Assembly (NCBI GenBank): GCA_964394925.1 | Contig: CAYMZG010000001.1 | Span: 195,656 to 259,655, forward strand | From: an uncultured Candidatus Saccharibacteria bacterium | GTDB lineage: Bacteria > Patescibacteriota > Saccharimonadia > Saccharimonadales > CAYLGV01 | Reading direction: 5' to 3' | Length of the DNA: 64,000 nucleotides | In this document: piece after piece, positions 8,422-18,606 of the stretch | Numbering within the stretch: the first letter of the stretch is position 1 | Layout: every line of letters begins with the position of its first letter | Translations under genes and position numbers: made by a program | The notes under the pieces: model-generated | Database searches by the model: none | Told to the model about the DNA's origin: nothing | Seen by the model: only the letters and a program-made list of their open reading frames with translations

Positions 8422-11400
8422 TTATACCTGCTGTGCCTTGATTAAGCGTGGCGTTTTTCCAGCAGGGAAGCTTCTTCGCCTGGTTGGGGTTCCATAATTA
8501 ACACGGAGCCGCCTACTGCCCAAAGGATCAAATTGTCCACGGTTATTGCGAGTCATTCGTTTCTTGAGTGTCTCTTTCCCCTTCTTGGTGAAACTGAAAT
8601 TCACCGTTCCATCTGCTTCAGTCACAAGTTCGTAATCCGGCTCTTCGCCTTGCTTTGTCGGGAATGAACGTCTCAGTTCCATTTCGGCGTGACGTGGATC
8701 TACGTGCCAACCGTTGAAAACACCATTAATCTGGAATTGAATACGTTCAACAATCTCATCAAAATCTTTCGTTAATGATTCGGCTGGTTGATCAGCTGGT
8801 AACGAGGCAGTTCGGGCTTGATAGCCACCACTGTCAAAATCATTCCATGCTGCTGAGATAGGTCTTCCGTTACGATATTCACCTTCGAGACGACTCACAT
8901 CACTATCAATTGTAGCCCCATTAGCGATAACAATCGTATCGTCATCCGAGCTATCGTCGGTGCTTTGTGTGTAACTTGTTCTACTTATCCAGTTAAATAA
9001 TCTCCTACTGCCATACCGTTCAGCTGATAATCGTCTGTGGAGTGGTGAAGCGATTCTGCGAACGGCTTTTATTCGACTACCGACACTTAGATCGTCAGAA
9101 CCCGCGCCAGTATCTTCACCAAAGCCGATACTACCTACGGCAGCAAGCGTCGACAATCGTACGGCTGTATTAGCACCGCTTGTCTGAATATTTACGTCGA
9201 TGCCTTTATTACGAGCTCGTTGTGCAGAACCACTGACGCCAGCAAGCACCTGTAGCGCGACCGCTAGGCCGGGAAGATCTTTGGTCTGTTCGATACCAAA
9301 CCGCAAGCGGCCAACTGCAGCATCTGCGCCATCATTTTCTACAGCTGATACCATGTTCGCAATATAGTTTTGAGAAATACCTTTTGCGTCTGCATCATTA
9401 CGAATAATAACAACCTCGTGATCTGGCTCCATACGACCCTCGTCTATGGACTTCTTTGTAGCTAGGATGGCCGTATCAAATAACCTGCGTACTACATGCC
9501 CAATAATACCTTTGTCTACTTGTTGTTGCGTTAACTGACTTTGTACAACGGCAATACGTAAGCTTGGGTAAGCTTGCTGAGCTCGTTCGATCTCGGCCAG
9601 TGTATGCTGAATTTTTTGCTGCGCCTCAACTGTGCGTCCAGCAGTTTCTGGCCAGTTAACATTAAGAAGGATCTGCGTACTCGCTTGATCTTCCTCTGGT
9701 TGTTGTCCATAAAGACTAAGTGCTTCAAATATATTGTCGCCTTCATTAATACCCGCCACTGGCATAACGACTACGGCACGTGTGTTGTCATCTAAACTCG
9801 ATAGCTGCGGTGAATTATTGATCTGCTCGCGTATTGAGTTAACATATTCTTCACCCTGACGCTCAGCAACAAGATCATCGTACCAATCGACAGCTTCAGC
9901 AGTTTGAACTCGAGCGCGTGGATTGTTGAGCAATGTTGGCAGTGTGTCAGCAATTAATTCATCGATTTCTTCAGGTGTTTGAGGCCCGTAGCGTCCATAC
10001 TCATAACGTACGCGAGGGTCTATCGTGCGCGGGTTAATCGTACCCTCCAGGTTCCTGCGAGCATAGATTGGTATAACTGGAGATGCTTCGACAAGCTCTT
10101 CGGTAGGTATTTCACCATTGAAGACAATTGTTTGAATTGTTTCAGGCGCAGGATGAATGTCAAGTGACGTCATATGAACGGCGCGAGTTGTCGTAATAAC
10201 GTCTGTTAAATTACCGGGATTGTTTGTTCCGACATAGGTACCCAAAACCTTGACCTGCTCGCCAGAAGGATCAGTGACACCAGTGTGCTCCATAACTTCA
10301 AAATAGCCACCCTTGAAAACACGATGACCATCTTCAATGGCAAAAAGTTGATGTATGGGGCTCGTCGGAGGAATGGTGGCAATAACGCGACCCTCAGGAG
10401 AGGTTGTAAATTGAAAATCAAAGACGCTGTTCTGTGAATCTTTTGTTGCCGAAATTGCTAGACTTAATTTGCCCTCAGAAACAAGTGCGTGTGGATTAGC
10501 CGACTGATTAGCCCAAAAGGAACCATTCGGTGTCATTGGAGTGATATCAAGCCTCACATTACCGTCAGCATCAAACCAACTATCGTTAGCCCCACCCGCG
10601 TAGGTTCGTAGTTCATTAAGGTCAAATATGTTTGGCGTGTTGTTGTTATACCACAATGTTCGATGAACTTGGTGCGTATCTGCGAGGTGATGTTGCACGA
10701 AGTCATCAGGCGAAAGATTAACCGGCTCTTTGCTTTCGATTAAACTCGTTACGTCATTTACGCCAATGCCACCGGCACGCAATTCCGCAATACTATCATT
10801 GGTAAGACTACCATCTGGATTTAGATGAAGGGCATGCACAACACCACCGTGTTGATCAAGAATACTCCAATTACCTGGGCTTACTTCTTTGATTGCGTAC
10901 TCATTAGCAAGAGAGATGGTATTACTTCCAATAACCACATGCTCTTGTACACCTGAAAGTGTTGGAGTTTGGAATGTTTCATCAACTCGGAAGCCAAGGC
11001 TGGCAAGGTTTTGTTTGCTCTCGCTCGTTAATAGGCCTTTGTCATCATATGCAATACCTATCGTCTTGCCAGTGGATTGTTGTTCAATGATCCAGTGCCC
11101 CTGCGCATCTTGCTTTGTAATATAACCATTTACATCAGCAAACTTTGAGTGTGGATTGAGTTCTGTTATCGTGCCGGTTAGATCACTATGGGGTGGTTGG
11201 CCGTGGATGAGCTCTGACAGCTTATTAAAGGCTCCGTTCGTCATGGTAGACCGGGCACCAGCAGGGGCCTTACCCTCTCCGATCCCATACAATTGATCAC
11301 CGATAACTGGCATGTGAGCAATTGCTTCTTGCGTAGCTGCACCCAAGATAATTCCAACGGTTCCGCCGATCAAAGCAGCCTTGAGCACATGTTTGCGATG

Positions 11401-12909
11401 AATATGCTTAAAGATTTCATCTTTGGCCGTCACGTCACCTTCAATTTGTGCAACAACTGCCCTGTCCATTAGCTGAGCTATGACGTCGAGGGAGTTGATA
11501 TTTTCATGTAAGCCTACTTCCTGACGCAGCCAGTCTAAGCCGCCTTTTTCTTCGAGGAATTGTTCCAAAGCCGTTTCAGCATAAATGGTAGTGAGTGCGA
11601 GCGTCAGGCGTTCTTCGGCAACATCTTCAGCGTGCGAAAAATGAATCAGGTCAATGTCGCGCTGATCAGATAAACGATTACGGGCTTTTATCTGGGCAAT
11701 TACCCCCATAGCATCCAAAAAGCCTTCGGGAGTAAGTTCCCGAAGTTTACGTAAGCCATCTTCACCTGGTTCACTATCAGCAAACAGTGCATCAAGGTTC
11801 TCGGCGAGAACGCGCGCACTTACGGTCTCATACTGAGCTGTTTCTAGCTCTTGGCGTCGTGGTGCATTAACGTCAAAGACTTCACCCATTGCTCGTTCGC
11901 GAGCATGTTGACGTCGATCTTCACGAATGTGCTTTGACTCACGCGCACCAGCTATAACAGCACCACCCGCTCCAAGCACGCCAGTAATGGCTGCCGCTCG
12001 AGCAACACCCTTTTGTACTGTAAATCTTGTGGCAGAGGCGATAATCGAAACAACGGTCGTCACTGTTGTTTCGTTCAACCACTGACCAACTTTTGTCTTT
12101 TGGATAGTCTCAATGAGCTGATCGGTTTTTCCAAAATGAGCCTCAGTACGAACGCCGGTCTTGAAGTGCCCCACATCAATCTGCGCTTCCGCGAGAATAG
12201 CATCAACACCCCTGTCATGGCGGACCATGCCACGCACGTTTTGAGCAATTTCTAGGAGGTTATCAGCAAACATAAGACCTTCACCCAGAAGCTCAGGGTT
12301 CTGTTGAGCCAACATGGTCAATCGACGGTTTTTCTCTTCTTCAAAGTTAGCATCGTCTAAGTCGCCACGGCAATAGCTATCAATAAGGTCACGAATCTCG
12401 TGCTTAATGGTGACCGCTTGTTCATCTTGTGCATTGTCGATACGAGCATAGGCTTCACCCGCATCTTGACTTGTCAGCTCATCAATATGGGTATGTGTTA
12501 ATCGTGTTACGACCGAACCAAGCGTTTCATCTGAAGCAGCCCTGTCGAGACCCTGATGCACATAGAGATTACCGCTTTCAACAATCTCTTCTTCTGCTTC
12601 CCGATGGTACCTTTGTTGATAGTACTCACGAGCAATACTGCCCTTCCAAATTCGTCTGAGCAAACCCCTAAAACCACCACCTTGTGTTTCAGCATTGAGT
12701 CTAGCATCGGCTGCATCTCGGGCCAAGGCACGAACATCTTCAATGCCACCAATGGCAATATGTAGCGAGGCGGGATCGGCCTCTTCCAATTGGTGCTGCT
12801 GATTTAGAGCATCTATCTCGGCTTGACGCTGCTCAGGTGTTAGACCTAAGTCGTCATGTATACCTTCTTCTGGTGGTGAAGGTACGTGCGTTACGGTAAT
12901 CTCTGTCAT
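8422..12909 (-). CDS. giant membrane protein with C-terminal GT-A (GT2-like) glycosyltransferase domain
   Basis: 1495-aa uninterrupted ORF. Hydrophobic segments lie near aa 290-335 and 520-545. The C-terminal ~400 aa carry AVVVMPVAGINEGDNI, a DxD-type VVIIRNDADAKG, and IQTSGANTAVRLSTLAAVG...GEDTGAGSDDLSVGSRI, laid out like GT2 enzymes. Confidence 0.7.
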   Translation of the reverse strand: MTEITVTHVPSPPEEGIHDDLGLTPEQRQAEIDALNQQHQLEEADPASLHIAIGGIEDVRALARDAADARLNAETQGGGFRGLLRRIWKGSIAREYYQQRYHREAEEEIVESGNLYVHQGLDRAASDETLGSVVTRLTHTHIDELTSQDAGEAYARIDNAQDEQAVTIKHEIRDLIDSYCRGDLDDANFEEEKNRRLTMLAQQNPELLGEGLMFADNLLEIAQNVRGMVRHDRGVDAILAEAQIDVGHFKTGVRTEAHFGKTDQLIETIQKTKVGQWLNETTVTTVVSIIASATRFTVQKGVARAAAITGVLGAGGAVIAGARESKHIREDRRQHARERAMGEVFDVNAPRRQELETAQYETVSARVLAENLDALFADSEPGEDGLRKLRELTPEGFLDAMGVIAQIKARNRLSDQRDIDLIHFSHAEDVAEERLTLALTTIYAETALEQFLEEKGGLDWLRQEVGLHENINSLDVIAQLMDRAVVAQIEGDVTAKDEIFKHIHRKHVLKAALIGGTVGIILGAATQEAIAHMPVIGDQLYGIGEGKAPAGARSTMTNGAFNKLSELIHGQPPHSDLTGTITELNPHSKFADVNGYITKQDAQGHWIIEQQSTGKTIGIAYDDKGLLTSESKQNLASLGFRVDETFQTPTLSGVQEHVVIGSNTISLANEYAIKEVSPGNWSILDQHGGVVHALHLNPDGSLTNDSIAELRAGGIGVNDVTSLIESKEPVNLSPDDFVQHHLADTHQVHRTLWYNNNTPNIFDLNELRTYAGGANDSWFDADGNVRLDITPMTPNGSFWANQSANPHALVSEGKLSLAISATKDSQNSVFDFQFTTSPEGRVIATIPPTSPIHQLFAIEDGHRVFKGGYFEVMEHTGVTDPSGEQVKVLGTYVGTNNPGNLTDVITTTRAVHMTSLDIHPAPETIQTIVFNGEIPTEELVEASPVIPIYARRNLEGTINPRTIDPRVRYEYGRYGPQTPEEIDELIADTLPTLLNNPRARVQTAEAVDWYDDLVAERQGEEYVNSIREQINNSPQLSSLDDNTRAVVVMPVAGINEGDNIFEALSLYGQQPEEDQASTQILLNVNWPETAGRTVEAQQKIQHTLAEIERAQQAYPSLRIAVVQSQLTQQQVDKGIIGHVVRRLFDTAILATKKSIDEGRMEPDHEVVIIRNDADAKGISQNYIANMVSAVENDGADAAVGRLRFGIEQTKDLPGLAVALQVLAGVSGSAQRARNKGIDVNIQTSGANTAVRLSTLAAVGSIGFGEDTGAGSDDLSVGSRIKAVRRIASPLHRRLSAERYGSRRLFNWISRTSYTQSTDDSSDDDTIVIANGATIDSDVSRLEGEYRNGRPISAAWNDFDSGGYQARTASLPADQPAESLTKDFDEIVERIQFQINGVFNGWHVDPRHAEMELRRSFPTKQGEEPDYELVTEADGTVNFSFTKKGKETLKKRMTRNNRGQFDPLGSRRLRVNYGTPTRRRSFPAGKTPRLIKAQQV

Positions 12910-12912
12910 TGC

Positions 12913-13212
12913 TTATGATCCTAAATATGCCACCCTGAACTTGGTCATGGTCTCGGTGAGAATATCTTGAACCGGGACATCATTGTCTGTGAAGAATGTG
13001 CTCAATTTTTCTGTGTCTTCCTCATTAACAAGCTTTTCGAAAGTCTTGAATTGTTCATCGTTCAGAGCATCGATAAGGGCTCGGTTAATCTGGTCTTCGA
13101 GTCGACTCGTCAAGTCATCTGCCAGCCGATCTAGTATTTCATCGCTGACACCAGAAAGCTTCTTCTCCTGAAGCATTGCTTTAACGAAGTCTTTTAGGGC
13201 CTGATTGTTCAT
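12913..13212 (-). CDS. small acidic helical hypothetical protein (first gene of the giant-protein operon)
   Basis: Start set at ATG 13212 (MNNQALKDFVKAML...). The longer ORF-track start at 13275 would run through the promoter and the upstream terminator. The stop lies 1 nt before the giant gene start codon (intergenic base 12910). Confidence 0.65.
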   Translation of the reverse strand: MNNQALKDFVKAMLQEKKLSGVSDEILDRLADDLTSRLEDQINRALIDALNDEQFKTFEKLVNEEDTEKLSTFFTDNDVPVQDILTETMTKFRVAYLGS

Positions 13213-13240
13213 ACTGTCTATCTCTATTACGCTTAACCAT

Positions 13241-13269
13241 ATAGTAACAGTGGAAAGGTTGTAGTGCAA
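13241..13269 (-). promoter_or_regulatory. sigma70-type promoter of the giant-protein operon (TTGCAC-17 nt-TGtTACTAT)
   Basis: On the minus strand, -35 TTGCAC is at 13269-13264, followed by a 17-nt spacer ending in TG and -10 TACTAT at 13246-13241. It lies about 29 nt upstream of ATG 13212. Confidence 0.6.
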
Positions 13270-13273
13270 ATAC

Positions 13274-13301
13274 AAACCCCCGGTGTGTAGACCGAGGGTT
13301 T
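13274..13301 (-). terminator. intrinsic terminator-like hairpin after the LPXTG-protein operon
   Basis: Minus strand AAACCCTCGG-8 nt loop-CCGGGGGTTT, a 10-bp stem including one G-U, followed by a T-rich stretch. Confidence 0.55.
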
Positions 13302-13401
13302 GTGAAAGTTTGAGCGGCCAGTCAGTGCTCGTTACTGTCCTAACCTTAGCACATTTTTTACAATTGCGCTAGTGGCTTATCCACAGTCTTTTGTACTATT
13401 G

Positions 13402-14955
13402 TTACCCATTGATACGATGAGTGAAGATGTAGTGTGCAGCTGCACCTACAGCACTCACTGCCGCGAAGATAGCAACCATGCTACCAGGGCCGGTGTTTGG
13501 CAGGACCGTTGGTGTTGTTGGGGTTACTGGCTTGTTGGTTGTCACTGCTGTCTTACATGCAGAACCAACAACCGTTTCGTCTTTGCCATTTACGGTGAAA
13601 ACGAGTGAAGCCTGGGTTGTGTACGTACCGTCTTGGGTGTACTGGTGCTCAACCGTTGTTTGGTCAGTTAGTTTTGGTGAAGAGTTATCACCAAAGTTGT
13701 AGCTGATTGACTTGAGCTGAGCTTGCACAGCAGTGTACTTAACCGTAAAGCTGTATTTGCGATCGCCAAGGCTTGAAGCCGTCAAGAGATCACAGGTGTA
13801 AACAGGCTTATTCGGGTTACAGTTCTGACGTGTGATGACGACATCAGCCGTATCCTGAGTTTCAGGTGTTTGGTCTGACCGTACATAACCAAGGTTACGT
13901 ACACGCACCTCACAAGGATCAAAGTTACCTTCAACCTTGGTTGAGAACATCATGTAGAAACCACCGCCAGGGGCAAAGTTGCCAACATTGATACCACCAT
14001 CAAACAGTGGCTTGTCGGTCTGTGCAGTTGAACCGTTAACGGTAATGAACTTTACAGAACCGCTGTCGAGCTTCACGTTTGGCGGCAAGACATCACGAGT
14101 CACTATGTTGTTTAGATTAGATGGACCAGTGTTTTGCGTGGTTAGCAACCATTCAACCGTATCACCAGGCTTAGTAGCTACCTCTTTGTGCCAGGTAGAT
14201 TCACCCTTCATACGCACTTGCTTAGTAAATTTAACACTCGGGGTTGCCTTAACAACTACCTTTACGCGGATCTGTACAACGGCTTCGTAATCAAAGCAGC
14301 CAGGGAAGTTACCGTTAAGGGCGTCATAACCAACTGGTGCACCTGCGGTGCTAACAATACTGTCAGACAACTGGGTGCCATTCTTAAATGGACCATTGTT
14401 GTACAGAATTGCAGAACCAGGAATATATTCCACTTTGAATGCTTTGTTATCCACAAAGTCCACCGTATCTTCTACCATTGCAGCGTTGCTCGCACTGATA
14501 TAGCCACGAGCACGAAGGCTTGAGGCTTCAGCTGTAGGCAAAGCAATACGTACATTGGTGTTACGGGCAATACCAAGGCCGCTTGCGTTCGTTGACTGGT
14601 TGGCATTGTTGTGCACATACATACGTACCACAACTTCTTTGGAGCCACCTGTCACATCTTCCAGTACATTCTTGTAACTACCTGAGGCAGTTTGATCACT
14701 ACGACGAGCATCTAAAAAGGCTCGCTCATCACCATAGCTTGGCGTATTAATGAATGAGTTGAAAACGGGGCCATTTAATGAACCTACACGTTGATCAAGA
14801 ATGTTGTAATCGTACGTAGGACGATTAGGGTAAAACTCGGCAACGGTGACAGCAGATGCGCTAACGGCAGCTACTGCGCCCACCAAAGCGACACCAACGA
14901 GGACACGCTTAGGAAGTTTTTTTGTTAGATCTCGAAGTTTGGTAAAAATCTTCAT
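13402..14955 (-). CDS. LPXTG-anchored cell-surface protein with DUF11-like and PKD-like repeats
   Basis: Start at ATG 14955 with a GGAAGAAAGGA SD. It has an N-terminal signal/anchor (KRVLVGVALVGAVAAVSASA) and a PKD-like segment (YSFTVKY...YNFGDNS...HQYTQDGTY). The C-terminus is LPNTG, then a hydrophobic stretch, then HR (sortase signal). Confidence 0.8.
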   Translation of the reverse strand: MKIFTKLRDLTKKLPKRVLVGVALVGAVAAVSASAVTVAEFYPNRPTYDYNILDQRVGSLNGPVFNSFINTPSYGDERAFLDARRSDQTASGSYKNVLEDVTGGSKEVVVRMYVHNNANQSTNASGLGIARNTNVRIALPTAEASSLRARGYISASNAAMVEDTVDFVDNKAFKVEYIPGSAILYNNGPFKNGTQLSDSIVSTAGAPVGYDALNGNFPGCFDYEAVVQIRVKVVVKATPSVKFTKQVRMKGESTWHKEVATKPGDTVEWLLTTQNTGPSNLNNIVTRDVLPPNVKLDSGSVKFITVNGSTAQTDKPLFDGGINVGNFAPGGGFYMMFSTKVEGNFDPCEVRVRNLGYVRSDQTPETQDTADVVITRQNCNPNKPVYTCDLLTASSLGDRKYSFTVKYTAVQAQLKSISYNFGDNSSPKLTDQTTVEHQYTQDGTYTTQASLVFTVNGKDETVVGSACKTAVTTNKPVTPTTPTVLPNTGPGSMVAIFAAVSAVGAAAHYIFTHRING

Positions 14956-14980
14956 ATTATTCCTTTCTTCCATTGCAGCC

Positions 14981-16072
14981 TTATGGCTGTCCTGGCATGC
15001 CTGTCTGAGGTTGAGTTGTTGATGGAGCCGTAACACGTACCGGTGGCTGAGTGTTAGTAGGCTGAGGGCCAGTACTTGCTGGTGTACTATTAGGTGATGT
15101 TGTAGGAGCTACATATACCGTTGTAGGAGCAGCAGTTGGCTTTGGTTCCTGTGGTAAGTAGCCGTCAGGGTTGGGTGTTTGACCCGCTGGGCCAACTCCC
15201 GGCTTATCTGGCGTACCATGATCTTGATCAGCTGGTACATTTGGATTACCCGGAAGACGACCGTCGTCATGCTTGAGTGGAATGCTAGGAACAAATGGAG
15301 GCTGGTCAGTTGGACCTTCTGGCAATGGGACATTTGCTGTTGGAGGAAGTACAATGTTGCCACAGCGAGCAAGTATGTAGAAAGTCTTTGAGCCATCTTT
15401 GGTGTCAATATTTACACGAATACCTTTGCGGTCACCAGAGATACCATTTTGACCAGAGACAACGACAGTGCCATCAGAGGCGGTGCCGGTATTCCTGCCG
15501 TCTGCAGGCACGTCTCCAACCTGTGGGGCCTGATCACCAGTACGTATAACCGAAGCTTTGAGTTGGGTGCTTAACGCTTGTGCTCGTGGAGTCGCACACT
15601 TACCTTCGGCATCTTGAAGCTCAGCAGGTGTTACGTTTACGTTCAGTAATGCGTTTGCTGTGCCGGCTAGTAGCTCGGGATCAGCTTCAATAAGATTAAA
15701 CCAAACATTTACACCATTCTCAGCGTCTGGGCTTGAACCTGCTTGAGCGTTCTTGATAGCGGGGACACCTTCGGCATAATATCGATTCGTATCGCCAGCA
15801 TTTGCTTGCACAATTGGATACGTACCAGGGCATGCTTCAGCCGGTGCTGTACCGGTTGTTAGGGTTGTGCCTGAGGTACCAGGAGCACCTTCAGTGCCAA
15901 CTCCAGTTGCACAGCCACTCAAAGCTAAACCGCCGACAACAGTCACGGCCGCTATATCTCTTTTTCGCTCTCCTACCCAGTCAGCAACACGGTTTATTGT
16001 GTTGTGCAAGGCATCGTGCACTGCTACCAATACGGCAGGCTGTGACTCAGGAAACTCGTTAGCTCGTTCCAT
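14981..16072 (-). CDS. proline/threonine-rich putative lipoprotein
   Basis: Start at ATG 16072 with a GGAGG SD. A lipobox LSGC follows the hydrophobic segment AAVTVVGGLA. The C-terminal third is a P/T/Q-rich low-complexity tail. Confidence 0.65.
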   Translation of the reverse strand: MERANEFPESQPAVLVAVHDALHNTINRVADWVGERKRDIAAVTVVGGLALSGCATGVGTEGAPGTSGTTLTTGTAPAEACPGTYPIVQANAGDTNRYYAEGVPAIKNAQAGSSPDAENGVNVWFNLIEADPELLAGTANALLNVNVTPAELQDAEGKCATPRAQALSTQLKASVIRTGDQAPQVGDVPADGRNTGTASDGTVVVSGQNGISGDRKGIRVNIDTKDGSKTFYILARCGNIVLPPTANVPLPEGPTDQPPFVPSIPLKHDDGRLPGNPNVPADQDHGTPDKPGVGPAGQTPNPDGYLPQEPKPTAAPTTVYVAPTTSPNSTPASTGPQPTNTQPPVRVTAPSTTQPQTGMPGQP

Positions 16073-16103
16073 ATATACCACCTCCTCAGGCTTATACCGT
16101 AAC

Positions 16104-16132
16104 AATTTAACATAAAAGGTAAAATATGTCAA
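16104..16132 (-). promoter_or_regulatory. sigma70-type promoter (TTGACA-17 nt-TGtTAAATT) for the lipoprotein/LPXTG operon
   Basis: On the minus strand, -35 TTGACA is at 16132-16127, followed by a 17-nt spacer and -10 TAAATT at 16109-16104 preceded by TG. It lies about 31 nt upstream of ATG 16072. Confidence 0.6.
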
Positions 16133-16243
16133 TAATTTCTGCAATAATATTAAATAAACGCAAGCATTTTAGGAAGATGACACTACTTGATGATTCTAAG
16201 TACTACTTTTATTTACTTGCGCGTATCTGTTAAAGATGAAGAC

Positions 16244-18532
16244 TTACGTTGTTTTTGTCGTTGCAGTACTGCCTACTTCTGATACATCAGAATTTGGTTC
16301 AGTTTTTTTCTTTGTTTGAGTACTACTAACCTCGCTGGTATCACCTTCTCGTTCAGCTAACGCCGCTAACTTCGATTTTTGGAAACTAAAACCAAAGGTA
16401 CTGCCCTTGCCCGGGTCACTCTTAAAGATAATGCTGCCCCCCTGGGCCACCACCACTTTTTTGGCCATGAACAGGCCCAGGCCGGTGCCATCGGGGCGCG
16501 CCTTTTTGGCGTTGGCGGCACGATAAAACTTGGTAAACAGGTGATGCTGCTCGGCTTTTGGCACCCCAATTCCATCATCAGATACGGTGTACTCAATGAT
16601 GTCACCCTTGTCTTTAAGCTCTACATTAATGTGACCATCGTCTTTACTGTAGTAAATGGCGTTATCCATGAAGTTCATGATAACCTGGCGAATCTTAGTT
16701 TCGTCGATCATCACCGTTGGGAAGTTTTCTGGCTTTTGATATGTAAGTGTTAATCCGCGTGCCGTGGCAGTATCGATAAGCTGGTGCACTTCACCCTCGA
16801 CCACGTCGGCCAGATTAGATGACACGGCCTCAATCACAAACTTACCGGTGCGCAAACGCGAGACATTCAAGAGGTCAGCAATCAGGTAGACCATACGCTG
16901 CGAGCTAATAAAGGCCTGGTCAAGCAGCTTGTGCTGCATCTCGTTAATTTCACCAGCATCACCCTCCAAAACCATGCTCAGGTAGCCCTTTACGCTTGTA
17001 AGTGGTGTTCTGAGCTGGTGAGAAGCCATGCTAATGAACTCATCCTTGGTCTCGTCCATCTGTTTGAGCTTGTCATTGATCTTTTTCAGTTTTCGTGTCG
17101 CATCGTCTACTTTATCTTGTAGAGTAGAGTTAAATTTCTCAATCTCTTCGAAGCGAAGACCGTTTTGTATGGCAATTACTAGTTCGTTGGCGATAATTTC
17201 AAGATTTTGTATATCTTGCTTATTGTATGGATTTCCACTCTTTTTTTGTCCAAAGATAATACTGCCTACCCCTTCTACATCATAATCAAGGGTTGCTACA
17301 AGCCTAACCAAAACGGCAATATCATTTTTTATTAAGATGTCTTTTAAATCTTTGTGATCTTCCTCTAGAAAATCTGATACGATTACTTTTTCTCGCATGT
17401 GAATTGCTTGTTTGTTGATAACGCGTATGTCATCTTCTGTTATTCCGATACTTGAATCACTGATAATCCTTCGATCAAAATACGAAGTTTCTCGGATGGA
17501 GAATAGCGTAAAACTTGCTTTTAAATTGTCTTCGATAACTTTTGTTACTTCAGTAAGTAACTTGTTGATCTCAATATTTTCTACCAATACATTATTCAAC
17601 CTATCAAGGAATGCCTGCGTATCATATGCATCACGATAAAATATTCGCCTAGTAATTCGATCAAAGAATAATTTAATGGATTGAAAAGTGAATGCCATAG
17701 CAATAGCTGTTGCAGTAAACACAAATTCCTGCATCGTTCTTGAGGCACTATCTAACACAAAGTTGTTGATTACCAAGAAGACAACCGCACCATACGCTAG
17801 ACCTAACGTAAGTATCGACAATATATAGCCAATTGAACGTGCTATAATCAGGCGAATATTAAAAAGACCATGTTTTACAACGCTATAATATAGGCCAAAA
17901 ACCATTATGGACATTGGTAAAATACCAATGTTAGTTAAGCCGAACCAGCCAGTTACCGCCGGTAACAAAGATTGCGTAACCATAACTAACGTCAAAGAAA
18001 TATACATACTCCTGAAGAGAACTCTTAGGCGTGCTTTTTGTTTGCCCTCTGAGACTCTTATATTTCGCCACAGGATATACATTGCGTTTACTAACAATAA
18101 GAGTAGAACTACAAAATATACATAAATGAATGGACCGAAAGTAACTGCATATAATTGATCTTGTTTAACAGATCCTTTGACAATTAGGGGCGTAAAAGCG
18201 CTTACACCAACCAACAGAAGCGGGATATAGCACTTTTTAATGATCGAAGCGGCTTTTTTATCGCCAGTCAGTATGATGACAAACTTATTTAGCAAGAATG
18301 CAGCCGCAAAACTAAAGCCAAATACAAAGTAAGTTGCTACAGTCGCTACTTGTGGCGGATTGTGTAGATCATTACTAATATAGTTAGCCATTATCCAAAC
18401 ACTAATGCAAATACAAAAAACAATGAATATCCGGTTTAAGACTAAATAACGATTTTTTAAAAACGTAAGTAAGCCAAGAGCAATCAAAGCAATAACAACA
18501 AATAAATCAATAAGGAAGTAAATGTTTAGCAT
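16244..18532 (-). CDS. sensor histidine kinase with N-terminal multi-TM (7TM-type) sensor domain
   Basis: 762 aa with about 7-8 N-terminal TM helices and a coiled coil. H-box MASHQLRTPLTSVKGY, HATPase boxes NFMDNAIYYS, DDGIGV and GTGLGL, and a C-terminal S/T/K-rich tail. Confidence 0.88.
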   Translation of the reverse strand: MLNIYFLIDLFVVIALIALGLLTFLKNRYLVLNRIFIVFCICISVWIMANYISNDLHNPPQVATVATYFVFGFSFAAAFLLNKFVIILTGDKKAASIIKKCYIPLLLVGVSAFTPLIVKGSVKQDQLYAVTFGPFIYVYFVVLLLLLVNAMYILWRNIRVSEGKQKARLRVLFRSMYISLTLVMVTQSLLPAVTGWFGLTNIGILPMSIMVFGLYYSVVKHGLFNIRLIIARSIGYILSILTLGLAYGAVVFLVINNFVLDSASRTMQEFVFTATAIAMAFTFQSIKLFFDRITRRIFYRDAYDTQAFLDRLNNVLVENIEINKLLTEVTKVIEDNLKASFTLFSIRETSYFDRRIISDSSIGITEDDIRVINKQAIHMREKVIVSDFLEEDHKDLKDILIKNDIAVLVRLVATLDYDVEGVGSIIFGQKKSGNPYNKQDIQNLEIIANELVIAIQNGLRFEEIEKFNSTLQDKVDDATRKLKKINDKLKQMDETKDEFISMASHQLRTPLTSVKGYLSMVLEGDAGEINEMQHKLLDQAFISSQRMVYLIADLLNVSRLRTGKFVIEAVSSNLADVVEGEVHQLIDTATARGLTLTYQKPENFPTVMIDETKIRQVIMNFMDNAIYYSKDDGHINVELKDKGDIIEYTVSDDGIGVPKAEQHHLFTKFYRAANAKKARPDGTGLGLFMAKKVVVAQGGSIIFKSDPGKGSTFGFSFQKSKLAALAEREGDTSEVSSTQTKKKTEPNSDVSEVGSTATTKTT

Positions 18533-18606
18533 TTACTTATATTCTACTAGTTTAGTGCCATAACCGAAATATAAAACAATACATTTGCGGTTGGATTGAA
18601 GACATA

